64,000 bases of DNA, taken from Candidatus Hadarchaeota archaeon (GTDB taxonomy: Archaea > Hadarchaeota > Hadarchaeia > Hadarchaeales > JAGGTB01). The stretch is taken from contig CAYLJV010000001.1 of the NCBI GenBank assembly GCA_964384105.1, positions 608,001-672,000 of the forward strand, given 5' to 3'. Below, piece after piece: positions 1 to 10,500 of this stretch (positions within the stretch are counted from its first letter, which is position 1; each line of letters opens with the position of its first letter). The notes beneath the pieces are model-generated. The model was given only the letters and a program-made list of their open reading frames with translations. It made no database searches and had not been told where the DNA came from. A program made the position numbers and the translations under genes.

Positions 1-171
1 AGCACTCTCTCGGCCAATCATGATGCTTGCGCGTTGCCATCTGTTTTGATAGAAGCGGATGCTCGGGCCGCCCTAGCTGAAGAGGAAATATCAATACTCA
101 GGGACAGTATCGTAGACAGGTTGGAACCGTCTACCCTGGTGGAACTGCGGAGAGAAAGGAGGCCTTTCTAA
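1..171 (+). CDS. nurA: NurA 5'-3' nuclease, C-terminal fragment (runs off window start)
   Basis: Frame 1 reads STLSANHDACALPSVLIEADARAALAEEEISILRDSIVDRLEPSTLVELRRERRPF*. The LPxxLIEAD.RA motif and RRPF end resemble NurA. Its stop overlaps the herA start (TAATG). Confidence 0.75.
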   Translation, partial: STLSANHDACALPSVLIEADARAALAEEEISILRDSIVDRLEPSTLVELRRERRPF

Positions 172-1703
172 TGGGTTCCGAGATCGGAACGGTTATATGC
201 ACGCCGGATGGACCTTCGGCTAACAAGTTTTCGTTTGTGGTAACCAATACTAATGGCGAAATTCCAGTTAGAAGGGGACAGTTTATCGAGTTAAAGAGTG
301 CTGAGGGAAAGATGATCGCCCAGGTTCAGAATATAATGAAGACCAACCGGTATTTCATGCGCCCTGAATCCGTAAAGGAATATGAAAAGGGAAGAAATTC
401 TTTAAATTCAATCTTCCCGGCGGACCGATGGGAGTATATAGTGGCAGATGCAAGGGCCTCAGGAATCCAAACGGAGACTGGCTTAGAACAGGTAACGTTT
501 CCAACTGCTCCAGGTGATAAGGTCTACGAGGCCAGCAGAGAAACACTCTCTCGATTCCTCGGCATCGATGAGAATGGTGGTGTGGATTTGGGAAAACTTC
601 GATACCATGATCTTCCCGCGAAGCTTGACCTAACGAAGCTCCTGAGAAAGCACGTGGCCGTTTTAGCTATGAGTGGTGCGGGTAAGAGCTATAGCGCTTC
701 CGTCCTCATAGAGGAACTTCTCGAGAGAAGTAAGGAACGGGGGAGGGTAGCTACGATAGTTGCTGACGTTCATGGGGAGTATACATCTCTGGCAAAATCT
801 AATTCCAGTGGTGTGGATTACTCGGACAAGGTGACTCTCATAAGGGGGGAGAACGTGAAGATCGGCGTTCCGAACATGAGTGCTTACCGCTTTAGAGAAT
901 TTACCCGGGATATGTCGGGAAGTCAGACCAGAGAACTGAACCGGGTTTTGGGTAAATTAAATTCCAAGATGAGATCCGGTGGTGGATTATATGATCTGGA
1001 TGACGTGATATCCAAGGTCGAGGAAAACGGCGAATCGAATAAGCAGTTGAGAAGAGCGTTGTTAGATAGACTTTACGATTTGAAGAACCTGAATATTTTT
1101 GGTAACAGCGATTACCCCAGCTGGAAGGAACTAGCGAAGCCCGGTAGAGCGGCTATCTTGGACCTTAGCAGAATATTCAGTCTACGCAAGAAAAGAATAA
1201 TCCTAACTTATTTTGCCAGGAAGCTTTTCAACAAAAGAAAGTCAGGACAAGCCCCACCCTTCGCATTCTTCGTAGAGGAAGCTCATCAATTTGCACCCTC
1301 TAAAAAATCGGTAATTTCCAGTTCGATCCTTAAGACCATCGCCAGGGAGGGTCGTAAGTTCTACGCGTCTCTTGTTTTGGTAAGTCAACGGCCCGTTCGG
1401 CTTTCTACCACGGTCCTTTCACAGGCCAATACCAACATAATTCTGAGAGTAACCAATCCTTACGATTTGGATCATATCAAAAAGTCCTCCGAGAGTATAA
1501 CGAAGGATACGGCCGATATTATTTCCTCTCTTCCGGTAGGACAGGCTTTGGTTGTTGGTGAAGCGGTAAACCATCCTGTTTTCATAAAGGTTCGAAAAAG
1601 AAAATCCAAGGAAGCGGAACACGGAACTGGACTTGAAGAAGTTGCAAAAAGGTACGAGGAAAAGAGAGACCAGGAAAAAGAAGACGTTGATGCCTTCATG
1701 TGA
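171..1703 (+). CDS. herA: HerA bipolar DNA helicase (HAS barrel + FtsK/HerA ATPase)
   Basis: N-terminal HAS-barrel-like region, Walker A AMSGAGKS, DVHGEY, Walker B VEEAHQF, REGRKF, SQRP; adjacent to nurA. Confidence 0.92.
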   Translation: MGSEIGTVICTPDGPSANKFSFVVTNTNGEIPVRRGQFIELKSAEGKMIAQVQNIMKTNRYFMRPESVKEYEKGRNSLNSIFPADRWEYIVADARASGIQTETGLEQVTFPTAPGDKVYEASRETLSRFLGIDENGGVDLGKLRYHDLPAKLDLTKLLRKHVAVLAMSGAGKSYSASVLIEELLERSKERGRVATIVADVHGEYTSLAKSNSSGVDYSDKVTLIRGENVKIGVPNMSAYRFREFTRDMSGSQTRELNRVLGKLNSKMRSGGGLYDLDDVISKVEENGESNKQLRRALLDRLYDLKNLNIFGNSDYPSWKELAKPGRAAILDLSRIFSLRKKRIILTYFARKLFNKRKSGQAPPFAFFVEEAHQFAPSKKSVISSSILKTIAREGRKFYASLVLVSQRPVRLSTTVLSQANTNIILRVTNPYDLDHIKKSSESITKDTADIISSLPVGQALVVGEAVNHPVFIKVRKRKSKEAEHGTGLEEVAKRYEEKRDQEKEDVDAFM

Positions 1704-1771
1704 TATTTTGGAGCTCTTTCGAGATTTTTAAGTGTGTCCGTTGATGTAAGTAAAGAATCCGGGATGTTACT

Positions 1772-2590
1772 GTGGATGATCGTAAAAACTCGGCTTTGAA
1801 GAAAGTTTCCATAATAATTATTATCCTAGTGGTCATTTTTGGGCTTTCTTGGTATTTTGGCCTATGGTGGGTTTTTCCGAGATCAGAGAATATTCCGAAT
1901 GAGGAGAACTCACTTTTGGACAATTTTGAAAATCGGTCCAGTCTTAGTGACGATACGGAAAATTTAAATTTGGGGGAAAATTCGATACTTTTCAAGTACG
2001 AGGCAGAGTTCACGTACCTCGGCTCCGAGGAGAATAAGCCTCTTCAAAAGTACGGTATTCTTTTTCCGTGTCCTACGGTTGACAACGAACCCGTTTGGCC
2101 AGAGCCAAACATCTCGAGTGAAAATTTAAAATGGCAGTTATGGGGCAGAACGAGCGAGGGAAACTTGGTTCTCGAAGTCGATGACGATAATACAATTAGA
2201 CCAGTCGGTGACAGAAAGTTAAACGGATTTCCCAATTATGATAAAATGGCTGGGAGACCCTTTCTGGGGCCAATTTATTATTCCTGGTTGAATACCACTT
2301 GGAAGATTAATATCCAGAATGATTGGGATAATTTGTATCCCAAAGAAACAATTCTAGTTGAAGGAAACTTTTCTGTAAGTATCGAGAATTCGGAAAAAGT
2401 AACTCTAAGAGAGCATTATGGTAGCGTATTTGGAGCGCAATCCTGGATTAACTCTTTTGGCCCTGTTGATACATCAATTAGTGTATCTTTGTTGAAATGG
2501 GAAAATGGGAAATACGAGAAATCAGATGAATATTCTAGTTCGAAAAACGATTCGGGGAAAGGAGACTTTGTAAGACTGTATCCGACTTAG
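1772..2590 (+). CDS. Hypothetical membrane-anchored extracellular protein
   Basis: 272-aa ORF with basic N-terminus, one hydrophobic helix (IIIIILVVIFGLSWYFGLWWVF), then an acidic/Asn-rich domain. Confidence 0.65.
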   Translation: MDDRKNSALKKVSIIIIILVVIFGLSWYFGLWWVFPRSENIPNEENSLLDNFENRSSLSDDTENLNLGENSILFKYEAEFTYLGSEENKPLQKYGILFPCPTVDNEPVWPEPNISSENLKWQLWGRTSEGNLVLEVDDDNTIRPVGDRKLNGFPNYDKMAGRPFLGPIYYSWLNTTWKINIQNDWDNLYPKETILVEGNFSVSIENSEKVTLREHYGSVFGAQSWINSFGPVDTSISVSLLKWENGKYEKSDEYSSSKNDSGKGDFVRLYPT

Positions 2591-3985
2591 TTATGGCCAA
2601 GAATATCTTTTGGTTAAAGAAAAATTAGCGGTAGCAGTTGAATCCGAATTTGAATCATCAGTTCGAGACTTTTTTTCAGATTCGAAATAACCGCTTTTTT
2701 CTGCCATCACACTGAACGTATGAGTCTGACCCGGCCATCTTTCGTGAGCGTAAACATAGGATCCATCCGACCTGCTTACACTAATTCCACCAGCTCCACC
2801 TTGCCCTGTTTTTTCTCCGGAGAAAGAAACACCGTCGACTGTCATTAGAGGTTCATATATTCCAGAACTTGTTTCAGAGTCTTTGACGTAACCACCCACG
2901 CCTAGTAATTTTTTATAAACTGATTCACTGTCGTTTTCTTCGTTGGGTTTTACCTCACTGTCCCACTCGTTTATTACTTCATTCTCCTCTGGTGGCTTTT
3001 CTTTAGTTTCGAAGGATATTTCGTAGAATTTATTCTCTATTTTGGATCCATCTGATGCGGTTATTTCAATCGTTGAGTTAGCTTCAAGGAGGTCGAAAGG
3101 GGCATAAATGGTTACCTCGGTATTCACCTCGGAGGAGACACTAACCTTATCGTTTTCTATTTCCAGTTCTATTCGTTCGTCTTTTGCTTCCGTATCGATA
3201 TTGACGGTTCCTTCGTAGCCGTTTTCCCCTCTGATCGTTAAGGGTATCTTTAGGGAGGACCAGTTTTCGACCTCGTATTCCGTTATTCCATAAAGTGTAT
3301 TGTGGTAAGCGGTGTATTCCTCAGTTACATAAACTGGGATTCTTTTCACCCCATCTTTGTAGAGAAAGTCGTAATAGTGGGGAACCCAGATGCTATAAGA
3401 ATCAAAATAGTTTGGGTGTACTATGTGTACGTTCCAAAGTCCAAACCCTTGAAAGGCGCTCCACCCATAGTCTTTTCCTGCATCGGAAAATTCTGAGGTA
3501 TCTTGGAACGAGTTCGGTTCTACTGTGACATTTGGCCAACTATTGCCCCAAAAGAAGTCTCTCCAAAATCCATCATCCCTGTTTCTTTCGAGATGGTAGT
3601 ACATGTAGGGATCTATGCTTTCCAAGTTCATGTTTGTGTAAGGCGTTATTTCTCCGCCAACTGTGTAGATCGGTTCGGTCTTGTAGTGGTCCAAAACTTC
3701 TCTGGTAGCGGTGAAAGGTTCTACTACTAGATGTTCATAAGTATTTTCTATCCAACCTCTAAGCAATATTCCTGAGTTTTCATCAATTGGTGTGAACTCG
3801 TCAGTTTCAGTGATAGGAGTTTCCAATTCTAAGACAAAGTCTTTGGATCCGAAGTTTTCAATTGATTTTTCGTATGTTACGTAATCTCGTTCGTACTTAT
3901 CAGATTCGGCATGAGAAGCGGTGAAGGAAGCTAAAGAAAGAATCAACAATATCAATAAAAAAATCGAGAGGTTCGAATTTTTCAT
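2591..3985 (-). CDS. Hypothetical secreted/surface protein, possible C-terminal carboxypeptidase-regulatory-like (Ig/transthyretin-like) domain
   Basis: Signal peptide (MKNSNLSIFLLILLILSLASFTASHA); acidic and aromatic-rich; C-terminal G.V.D..T..GI...SDGSY...V.AEKSGY...NFSL pattern. Confidence 0.65.
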   Translation of the reverse strand: MKNSNLSIFLLILLILSLASFTASHAESDKYERDYVTYEKSIENFGSKDFVLELETPITETDEFTPIDENSGILLRGWIENTYEHLVVEPFTATREVLDHYKTEPIYTVGGEITPYTNMNLESIDPYMYYHLERNRDDGFWRDFFWGNSWPNVTVEPNSFQDTSEFSDAGKDYGWSAFQGFGLWNVHIVHPNYFDSYSIWVPHYYDFLYKDGVKRIPVYVTEEYTAYHNTLYGITEYEVENWSSLKIPLTIRGENGYEGTVNIDTEAKDERIELEIENDKVSVSSEVNTEVTIYAPFDLLEANSTIEITASDGSKIENKFYEISFETKEKPPEENEVINEWDSEVKPNEENDSESVYKKLLGVGGYVKDSETSSGIYEPLMTVDGVSFSGEKTGQGGAGGISVSRSDGSYVYAHERWPGQTHTFSVMAEKSGYFESEKKSRTDDSNSDSTATANFSLTKRYSWP

Positions 3986-4083
3986 GATTTTATCTTCCGG
4001 TTCTCTAACGAATAAAGTTCGCTAGAATTAATAAATCTTGGTAAAAAAAGTGGGTAAAATGCCCTTCAGGTTTTTTCTGTGGC

Positions 4084-4863
4084 TTATAGAGACTTTTGAG
4101 GTTTTTGTTCGAATTCAATCGGTTTTGCCATTAATATTATGCTTCTTTCGCAGGCTTGTCGGAAAATTTCTTCTTGGAAAATTTTCTGTTCATAGTATTC
4201 GTGGATACTGGGAAGGATATCCCAGACTACATATTTGAATTCCAATGTTTCGGGTTCGCCGTTGGTCTCGTTCATTTTTTCCATAGACTTTTCAGCAGTA
4301 TTGAGGTTTTCCCTGCAAGACCTTTCGATTTCATTTACAGTTTCTTCGAAATCCAATCCATTTTCTAATTGTTTTAGGAATTTCTTCCCAGATCTGAAGG
4401 AAATCTCTCTGTAGAGTCCCAGCAGCTCTCTTATATTGAGCCAGTTAGAATCGACCTCAAATCTTTGAATTATCTTGGTTCCTATTCTGTCCGAAATTCT
4501 TTCTAATAAATTGTCATCGAAAGTTAATATGGGGAGCTGGAGATGCGCTGCGAGAAGTAGACCCCTCAAGTCAGTTAATGCAACTTTGCGATTAGTTTCG
4601 AACATTATCTGTCGGCCTATTTCATCGTAGAGTTCGGGTAGATGTATTGGATATACGCTTCTTCGTCTGACCATCTGTTTTAGAAGGCTGTATTTAACTG
4701 TCTGATTTCTTACCTGAATCAGTTTAGACCGGGATAACCAAGAATATGTAGAGCTTGGGATATACAATCCGGAGCACTGAAAGAATCTTTGAGCACCGTT
4801 CAATGATCTCCGATTTGTTAGAACGCTAGTGTCACAAACCGCACCGAAGTCTTTCGTGGGCAT
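4084..4863 (-). CDS. PIN-domain protein with long helical C-terminal extension
   Basis: AVCDTSVL at the N-terminus and LTDLRGLLLAAHLQLPILTFD match the PIN acidic-residue pattern. Confidence 0.6.
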   Translation of the reverse strand: MPTKDFGAVCDTSVLTNRRSLNGAQRFFQCSGLYIPSSTYSWLSRSKLIQVRNQTVKYSLLKQMVRRRSVYPIHLPELYDEIGRQIMFETNRKVALTDLRGLLLAAHLQLPILTFDDNLLERISDRIGTKIIQRFEVDSNWLNIRELLGLYREISFRSGKKFLKQLENGLDFEETVNEIERSCRENLNTAEKSMEKMNETNGEPETLEFKYVVWDILPSIHEYYEQKIFQEEIFRQACERSIILMAKPIEFEQKPQKSL

Positions 4864-4996
4864 TTTACTTCCCGGGTTTAATTTGAGTGAAGGTCTTTTT
4901 TAAGGAGAAAATAATTTCAACCTATCGATCCGGATTAAAAGAAGTATGGAGTTCACATTTTTAAGAAAAGATTCAAAACTCCAAACAGGTGGAAAT

Positions 4997-5359
4997 GTGC
5001 CAAGGAAAATCACTATCTCTGCTTCTAACTTCGAGGTGGAGGCAGAGCTTTTAGAGGAAGAAAATCCTAGAACCTGCGACGAGATATGGGCGGCCTTACC
5101 ATTTGGTGGGGAGGCTAAGCTTTACTTGAAGGAAATTTATTTTGATATTCCTGCTGATATTGAACCAGAAAATCCGACAACAGAAACTACGAAGGGAGAT
5201 GTGTCCTACTGGCTAGAACAGCCCGTTTTCTGCATTTTCTTTGGGGAATCTCAGCCGGTTAGTGAGGTAAATACCTTCGCTAAAATTGATAAAGAAGAGG
5301 TAGAGAGGCTCAAAAACGTGGGATCTGGAGAAAAAATAGAAGTAAGTAGGTCGGAATAA
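4997..5359 (+). CDS. Cyclophilin-like fold protein (DUF369/TM1367-like)
   Basis: NPRTCDEIWAALPF, EIYF, GDVSYW, FCIFFG motifs. Likely GTG start at 4997 after AGGTGG (track ORF starts at 4946). Confidence 0.8.
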   Translation: MPRKITISASNFEVEAELLEEENPRTCDEIWAALPFGGEAKLYLKEIYFDIPADIEPENPTTETTKGDVSYWLEQPVFCIFFGESQPVSEVNTFAKIDKEEVERLKNVGSGEKIEVSRSE

Positions 5360-5424
5360 ATTCCTAGATTTCTTTCGAGTAGAATTTTATATTTTGTTTT
5401 AGAAGCAATCTAGAGGAGTTTTGA

Positions 5425-6270
5425 TTGAATAAACCAAAAAATCTGCAAGAGGCTTTGAAGGATAAGCTATCGGAAGAAGAATTGAGTGAACTTGGAACTT
5501 CTTTTGACATAGTTGGAGATATAGGGGTGATCAAGCTCCCCGATTCCCTATTGGAAAAGAAGAGGATAATAGGGGAGGCCCTGTTGAGTGTTCATACTCA
5601 TCTGAGTACCGTTCTTCTCCAAACCAGTCCTGTAAGTGGAGAATTTAGGACTAGGGATTTGGAGGTTATTGCGGGTGAAGAAAAGACAGAGACTGCGCAT
5701 AAAGAATATGGGTGCACTTTCAAAGTAGATCTGAGCAAGGTTTATTTTTCACCGAGACTATCAAATGAGAGGTACAGGATTGCTAAATTGGTTAATTCTG
5801 GCGAGATAGTTACTAATATGTTTTCGGGAGTGGGTTGCTATTCTATAGTAATGGCTAAACATTCTGATCCAGAAAAGGTGTATTCTATAGACAAGAATAG
5901 ACATGCGGTCGAGTATATGGAGGAAAATGTTCGGATTAACAAGGTCGGAGGGGCGGTTGTTCCGGTTCTAGGGGATGCAGAAGAGGTTATTAACAAACAT
6001 CTCAGAGGGAAGTCAGATCGAGTTTTGATGCCTTTACCTGATTTCGCTCGAGATTTTTTGGATTCTGCTCTTCTTACCTTAAAACCGACTGGTGGGGTTA
6101 TTCATTTTTATGATCTTGGAGAAGAACCAAATGTTTTTGATCCCTCTCTTGATTTTGTAGAAAATTTTGTGTCAGGTAGAGAAATTGAACTGAAGAATAA
6201 ACGGATCGTTCGGTCCTATGCTCCGAATTTGTATCACGTAGTCTTAGATTTGGAAGTCAAGAGTCTTTAG
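5425..6270 (+). CDS. Trm5/Taw2 (Met10+-like) SAM-dependent tRNA-modifying transferase
   Basis: FDIVGDI, GEFRTR, HKEYG, VYFSPRL..ER, NMFSGVG, DRVLMPLP, VRSYAP. Confidence 0.88.
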   Translation: MNKPKNLQEALKDKLSEEELSELGTSFDIVGDIGVIKLPDSLLEKKRIIGEALLSVHTHLSTVLLQTSPVSGEFRTRDLEVIAGEEKTETAHKEYGCTFKVDLSKVYFSPRLSNERYRIAKLVNSGEIVTNMFSGVGCYSIVMAKHSDPEKVYSIDKNRHAVEYMEENVRINKVGGAVVPVLGDAEEVINKHLRGKSDRVLMPLPDFARDFLDSALLTLKPTGGVIHFYDLGEEPNVFDPSLDFVENFVSGREIELKNKRIVRSYAPNLYHVVLDLEVKSL

Positions 6271-6349
6271 ATTAATAATTTATTCTCCCGAGAAACTTTA
6301 GTTATATTTTTAAAGCAAAACCTCAGAGATAATACGTAGAGGCGAAAAG

Positions 6350-6622
6350 ATGTCTAGAATCCTTGCTAGCAGTTTACGCGACATGAGAATTTTAACAGAT
6401 AGAGGACTTCGTGTTGGTAACATTTACGATTTGGGTGTTGATGAGGAGACAGGGAAGATTGAAACTCTCATAATTCAGCCAGAATCACAGGAAGTTGCGC
6501 AGAATTTGACTATGGATGAAGAGGGTAATGCTCTAGTTCCTTACAGCTCTGTTATAGCGATAAGAGATTATATAGTAATAAGCGAGAAGAGTTTAGCTGT
6601 TCAACAATTAAAGAACCGTTAG
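6350..6622 (+). CDS. PRC-barrel protein (CdpB-like)
   Basis: 90 aa; G..VG.IYDL.VDEETGKI..L and VPYSSVIAIRDYIVI PRC-barrel pattern. Confidence 0.8.
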   Translation: MSRILASSLRDMRILTDRGLRVGNIYDLGVDEETGKIETLIIQPESQEVAQNLTMDEEGNALVPYSSVIAIRDYIVISEKSLAVQQLKNR

Positions 6623-6819
6623 AAGTTGACTAATTAAGCGTAAAAGAAAGTTTTCGGTGTCTAGTTTCCGAAGTCCCTTTTTTTAATTTCTAGAGTTTAG
6701 GATATGCTCCAAAATTCTGGAGAAACGGAATATAAGCCTATTTTGGTAGCTGTATCAAATCTATATGAATAATTATCTTTTTTTATTAGACCAATGCCAA
6801 TTTTTTATTTTTTGTGCTA

Positions 6820-7509
6820 TTACCAACCGAAATGTAATCTTGTGCCAAATTCTTCAGGTAGTTCGGCTTCCTTTATCTTTTTCTCAGTTTCGTCTACATC
6901 GTATGAGACCCTTTTCTGTGTAATTTCTATGTCTTCCCCCAGTTCTAACAACTTATAACTGGCTTTTGGGTTTCTGTCCCGGGGCTGACCTACGGCTCCG
7001 GGGTTAATAACTAACTTTCCTTGAATAACCTGTTCTAGTGGAACATGAGTGTGCCCGAGTAATATTACATCTGCTTTAGCCTCTTGGGTCATTTTGAGTA
7101 ATGCTCGTTTTGAGGTACTTGGATAGAGATATTCCTTTAGAGGATTCCTTGGAGTTCCATGAGATATGAAGATTTTATACTCATCTATTTTTAGTTGAAG
7201 TTTTTCATCCAAGCCTTTCAAGAAATTTAAATTGCTTTTATTTAGTGTCTTTTTGGTCCAGATAGCAGCTTTTCTAGCATCTTCTGACAAAAAACTAAAA
7301 TTATCAGTGGCTACAGCGTGATCGTGATTCCCAATGCAAGAAACGACATCGTTTGATTTCACCAAATCTATTGTTTCGTTAGGTTGGGGACCGTATCCAA
7401 CTAAATCTCCCGCACATAGTATTTTATCTACTTCACCCATATCTTCTAAAACGGCTTTGAGAGCTGCTAAGTTGGAGTGAGGATCTGCTATGAGACCTAT
7501 TTTTTTCAT
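6820..7509 (-). CDS. Metallophosphoesterase (YfcE/MJ0912-like)
   Basis: ADPHSN, GDLVGYG, GNHD, HGTP, GHTH, NPGAVGQPRD. Confidence 0.9.
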   Translation of the reverse strand: MKKIGLIADPHSNLAALKAVLEDMGEVDKILCAGDLVGYGPQPNETIDLVKSNDVVSCIGNHDHAVATDNFSFLSEDARKAAIWTKKTLNKSNLNFLKGLDEKLQLKIDEYKIFISHGTPRNPLKEYLYPSTSKRALLKMTQEAKADVILLGHTHVPLEQVIQGKLVINPGAVGQPRDRNPKASYKLLELGEDIEITQKRVSYDVDETEKKIKEAELPEEFGTRLHFGW

Positions 7510-7529
7510 AGAAACAGCCTTGTGCAGGT

Positions 7530-10500
7530 TTATTCTAATCTACTAATAGATAATTCGAACTTTTTATCATTGATATTCCATTCTTTACTGTATCTCCGTT
7601 TTACTACTTCGTCTCGATGCCCTATTTCAAGATTTTTTATTCGGACTTCCTGTTTGAGGTAATCTTCTTGATTTTTCAGATATTCTATACTTTTATCGTG
7701 GTTTACCCCGATCGATACGTTTACTCTTTCTTCCATCTCTAAATCCATATCTTTTCTCATTTTCTGGAGTCTTCTTACTACGTCTCGAGTCAAACGTTCA
7801 GACTCTAATTCGGAATCTACTTTAGTATCTATTATTACATCGCCGTAAGCTGATTCTGCTCTTACCAGTTCTGGGGGGAGCTGATTCAGAGTTAGGTTAT
7901 TCAAGCCTATTCTTATCTTCTCACCTTGAACTGTGAGTCCTACAAAGCCTTGTGATTCTACTTGCTGACGTATTTGTTCCATATCCATATGGTGTATTGT
8001 CTCGCTTATCGAACTTGTTAGTTCTCCGAATTGTTCTTCTATAGAGTCAAGATCCACTTCACAGACAAGATCGATTTTTTCCGAGAACTCTTCTTCGGTC
8101 AGTGGTTCTATTTTTTTGCAGTTTAGTTGGTTTAAGAGAATCTTTTCTAGTCTTTTGATGGACTTTTTTACTTCTTCGCTTTCTACTTTTATCATAACCC
8201 TCTTCACGGGCCAACGTCTTTTTAGATCTGCCTTTTGTCTTCCTTTTGCTCCGGCTTCGACTATTTTTTGAATAATCTCCATGTCTATTTCGAGCTGGTC
8301 GTCTATTTTTTCTTCCTCTATTCCTGGCCAGCTAAGTTGATGCACACTTTGTGGGTTGGAAGGTTTAGAATCTCTAAGCATTTTTTGATACATTTCCTCG
8401 GAAGCATAAGGCATGAAAGGAGCCAAGATTCTAGTTAATACATCAAAGATTTTGTAAAGGGTTTCATAAGCTACAGTTTTCTTGGGGTCGTCCTTTTCTA
8501 TCCAGGTCCTCCTTCTTATCAGCTTTATGTACCATCTACTCAGGTCCTCGAGTACGAATGATTCGATAGCCCTCGTAGCCTTGTGAAAGTGTTTTTCTTC
8601 CAGCTTTTCCGTTACTTCTTTTACGGTCCCGTTCAACCTGGAAAGTATCCATTTGTCTTCTATCTCAAGATTATCATCAATTTTTTGTTGTTCAATGGTA
8701 TTTGGTTCGAAATCGTCCAGGCTCATATAGGTGGTAGTGAAGACTAGACTATTCCATAGAACCTTGAGGAACCGGTTTGCTACTTCTACCTCATCCCAGT
8801 TGAATCTAAGATCTTCCCAGACCGGGCTTGTGTGGAGCATATAGAATCTTAATACATCTGCACCGTGTTTCTCTATGATTTCTGATGGTTCCACTACGTT
8901 TCCCAGAGACTTTGACATCTTCCTGCCCTCTTCGTCCAGAGTGAAACCGTGCATCAAGGCCTCTCTGTAGGGCAGGTCCTCGAAGGTGATTATCGAAGCG
9001 GCCTGTTGCCCATAGAACCAGTTCGTAACCTGGTCTTCACCCTCCGTTATGAAATCGCTAGGCCAGTATCTCTCTAGTTTTTCCTTTTCTTTTGGGAATC
9101 CTAGCGTTGCCCAAGGTGCGATACTGGAGTCGAACCAGACATCGAGAACGTCTGGTATCCTGTTCATTTTTCCACCACAGTGAGGACATTCAATTTTTAC
9201 GTTGTCTATATCTGGTCTGTGTAGGTCAATATTTTGGTGTTCTCCAGTAGACTTCTGGAAGAGTTCTGTTTTACTCCCTATGATTTCCCTATGATCACAG
9301 TTATTACATACCCAGATGGGGAGTGGAATTCCCCAGTATCTTTGTCTGGAGATACACCAGTCTCCTACCGATTCTACTCCATCGTTGTATCTTTTTTTGG
9401 CCCATTCTGGTATCCAATGAACTTTCTCGTTATTTTGTTCGATGATTTGGGGTTTTATTTTGCCAATATTCAGAAACCATTGTTTTGTAGCTCGGAATAT
9501 TAGAGGTGTGTCGCATCTCCAACAGTGAGGGTAAGAGTGCCGAATGAGACCTTTTTTCATCAGGATTTCCTTATTTTCTAGATCATTCATGATCACTTCG
9601 TTGGCGTCCTTGACGTACATTCCGGCATACCTTCCAGCTTCCTCGGTAAATTTTCCATCATCTCCAACCGGACTGAAAACGGGAAGATCATACTTTTTTC
9701 CTATCTCAAAGTCCTCTTCTCCATGTCCAGGTGCTGTATGGACACAGCCTGTACCTTCTTCGATAGTTACGTGTTCTCCTGTGATCACTCTATGGGTGGA
9801 TTTGAAGTCATTCTGTTTTGGGACCTCTTCGAGGAGTGGGTGTTCGTATCTTAATCCTTCCAGTTCTTTCCCTTTAACGAGATCAACTCTTTTGTAGTCG
9901 TATATATTGAGTTCTTTCATTACTTTTGATACGAGCGCTTCGGCTATTATGTAGGTATCATTTCCCACTTCTACCTTTGCATAATACAAATCGGGATGGA
10001 CACAGACTGCTACGTTCGCAGGAATTGTCCAAGGAGTAGTAGTCCAAACGAGTAAGTATTCGTTTGTTGTGTATGTGAGCTTGAATCGAGCGTATATTGA
10101 GGGATCCTTTACTTGTCTATATTCCCCTCTAACTTCATGTTGGGCTAGAGCTGTTTCACAGCGGGGACACCATTGAATAACCTGCGCTCTTTTTTCCATA
10201 AGGTTTTTCTCGTCAGCTTTTTTGAGGGTCCACCAAGCTGATTCGAGATAATCATTTTCAAAAGTTAGGTACGGATCGTCCCAGTCCATCCAGACTCCGA
10301 GCCTCTTAAACTGCTCGGTCATAATGTCTACATGTTCAGTGGCCCACTTCTTACACTCATCGATGAATTGTTTGATTCCTATTTTTTCTTCTATGTCTTT
10401 CTTCGATTTCACTCCTATTTTTTCTTCAACCTTGACTTCTATTGGCAAGCCGTGACAATCCCAGCCTGGTTGTCTCCTGACGTTGAACCCTCGCATAGTC

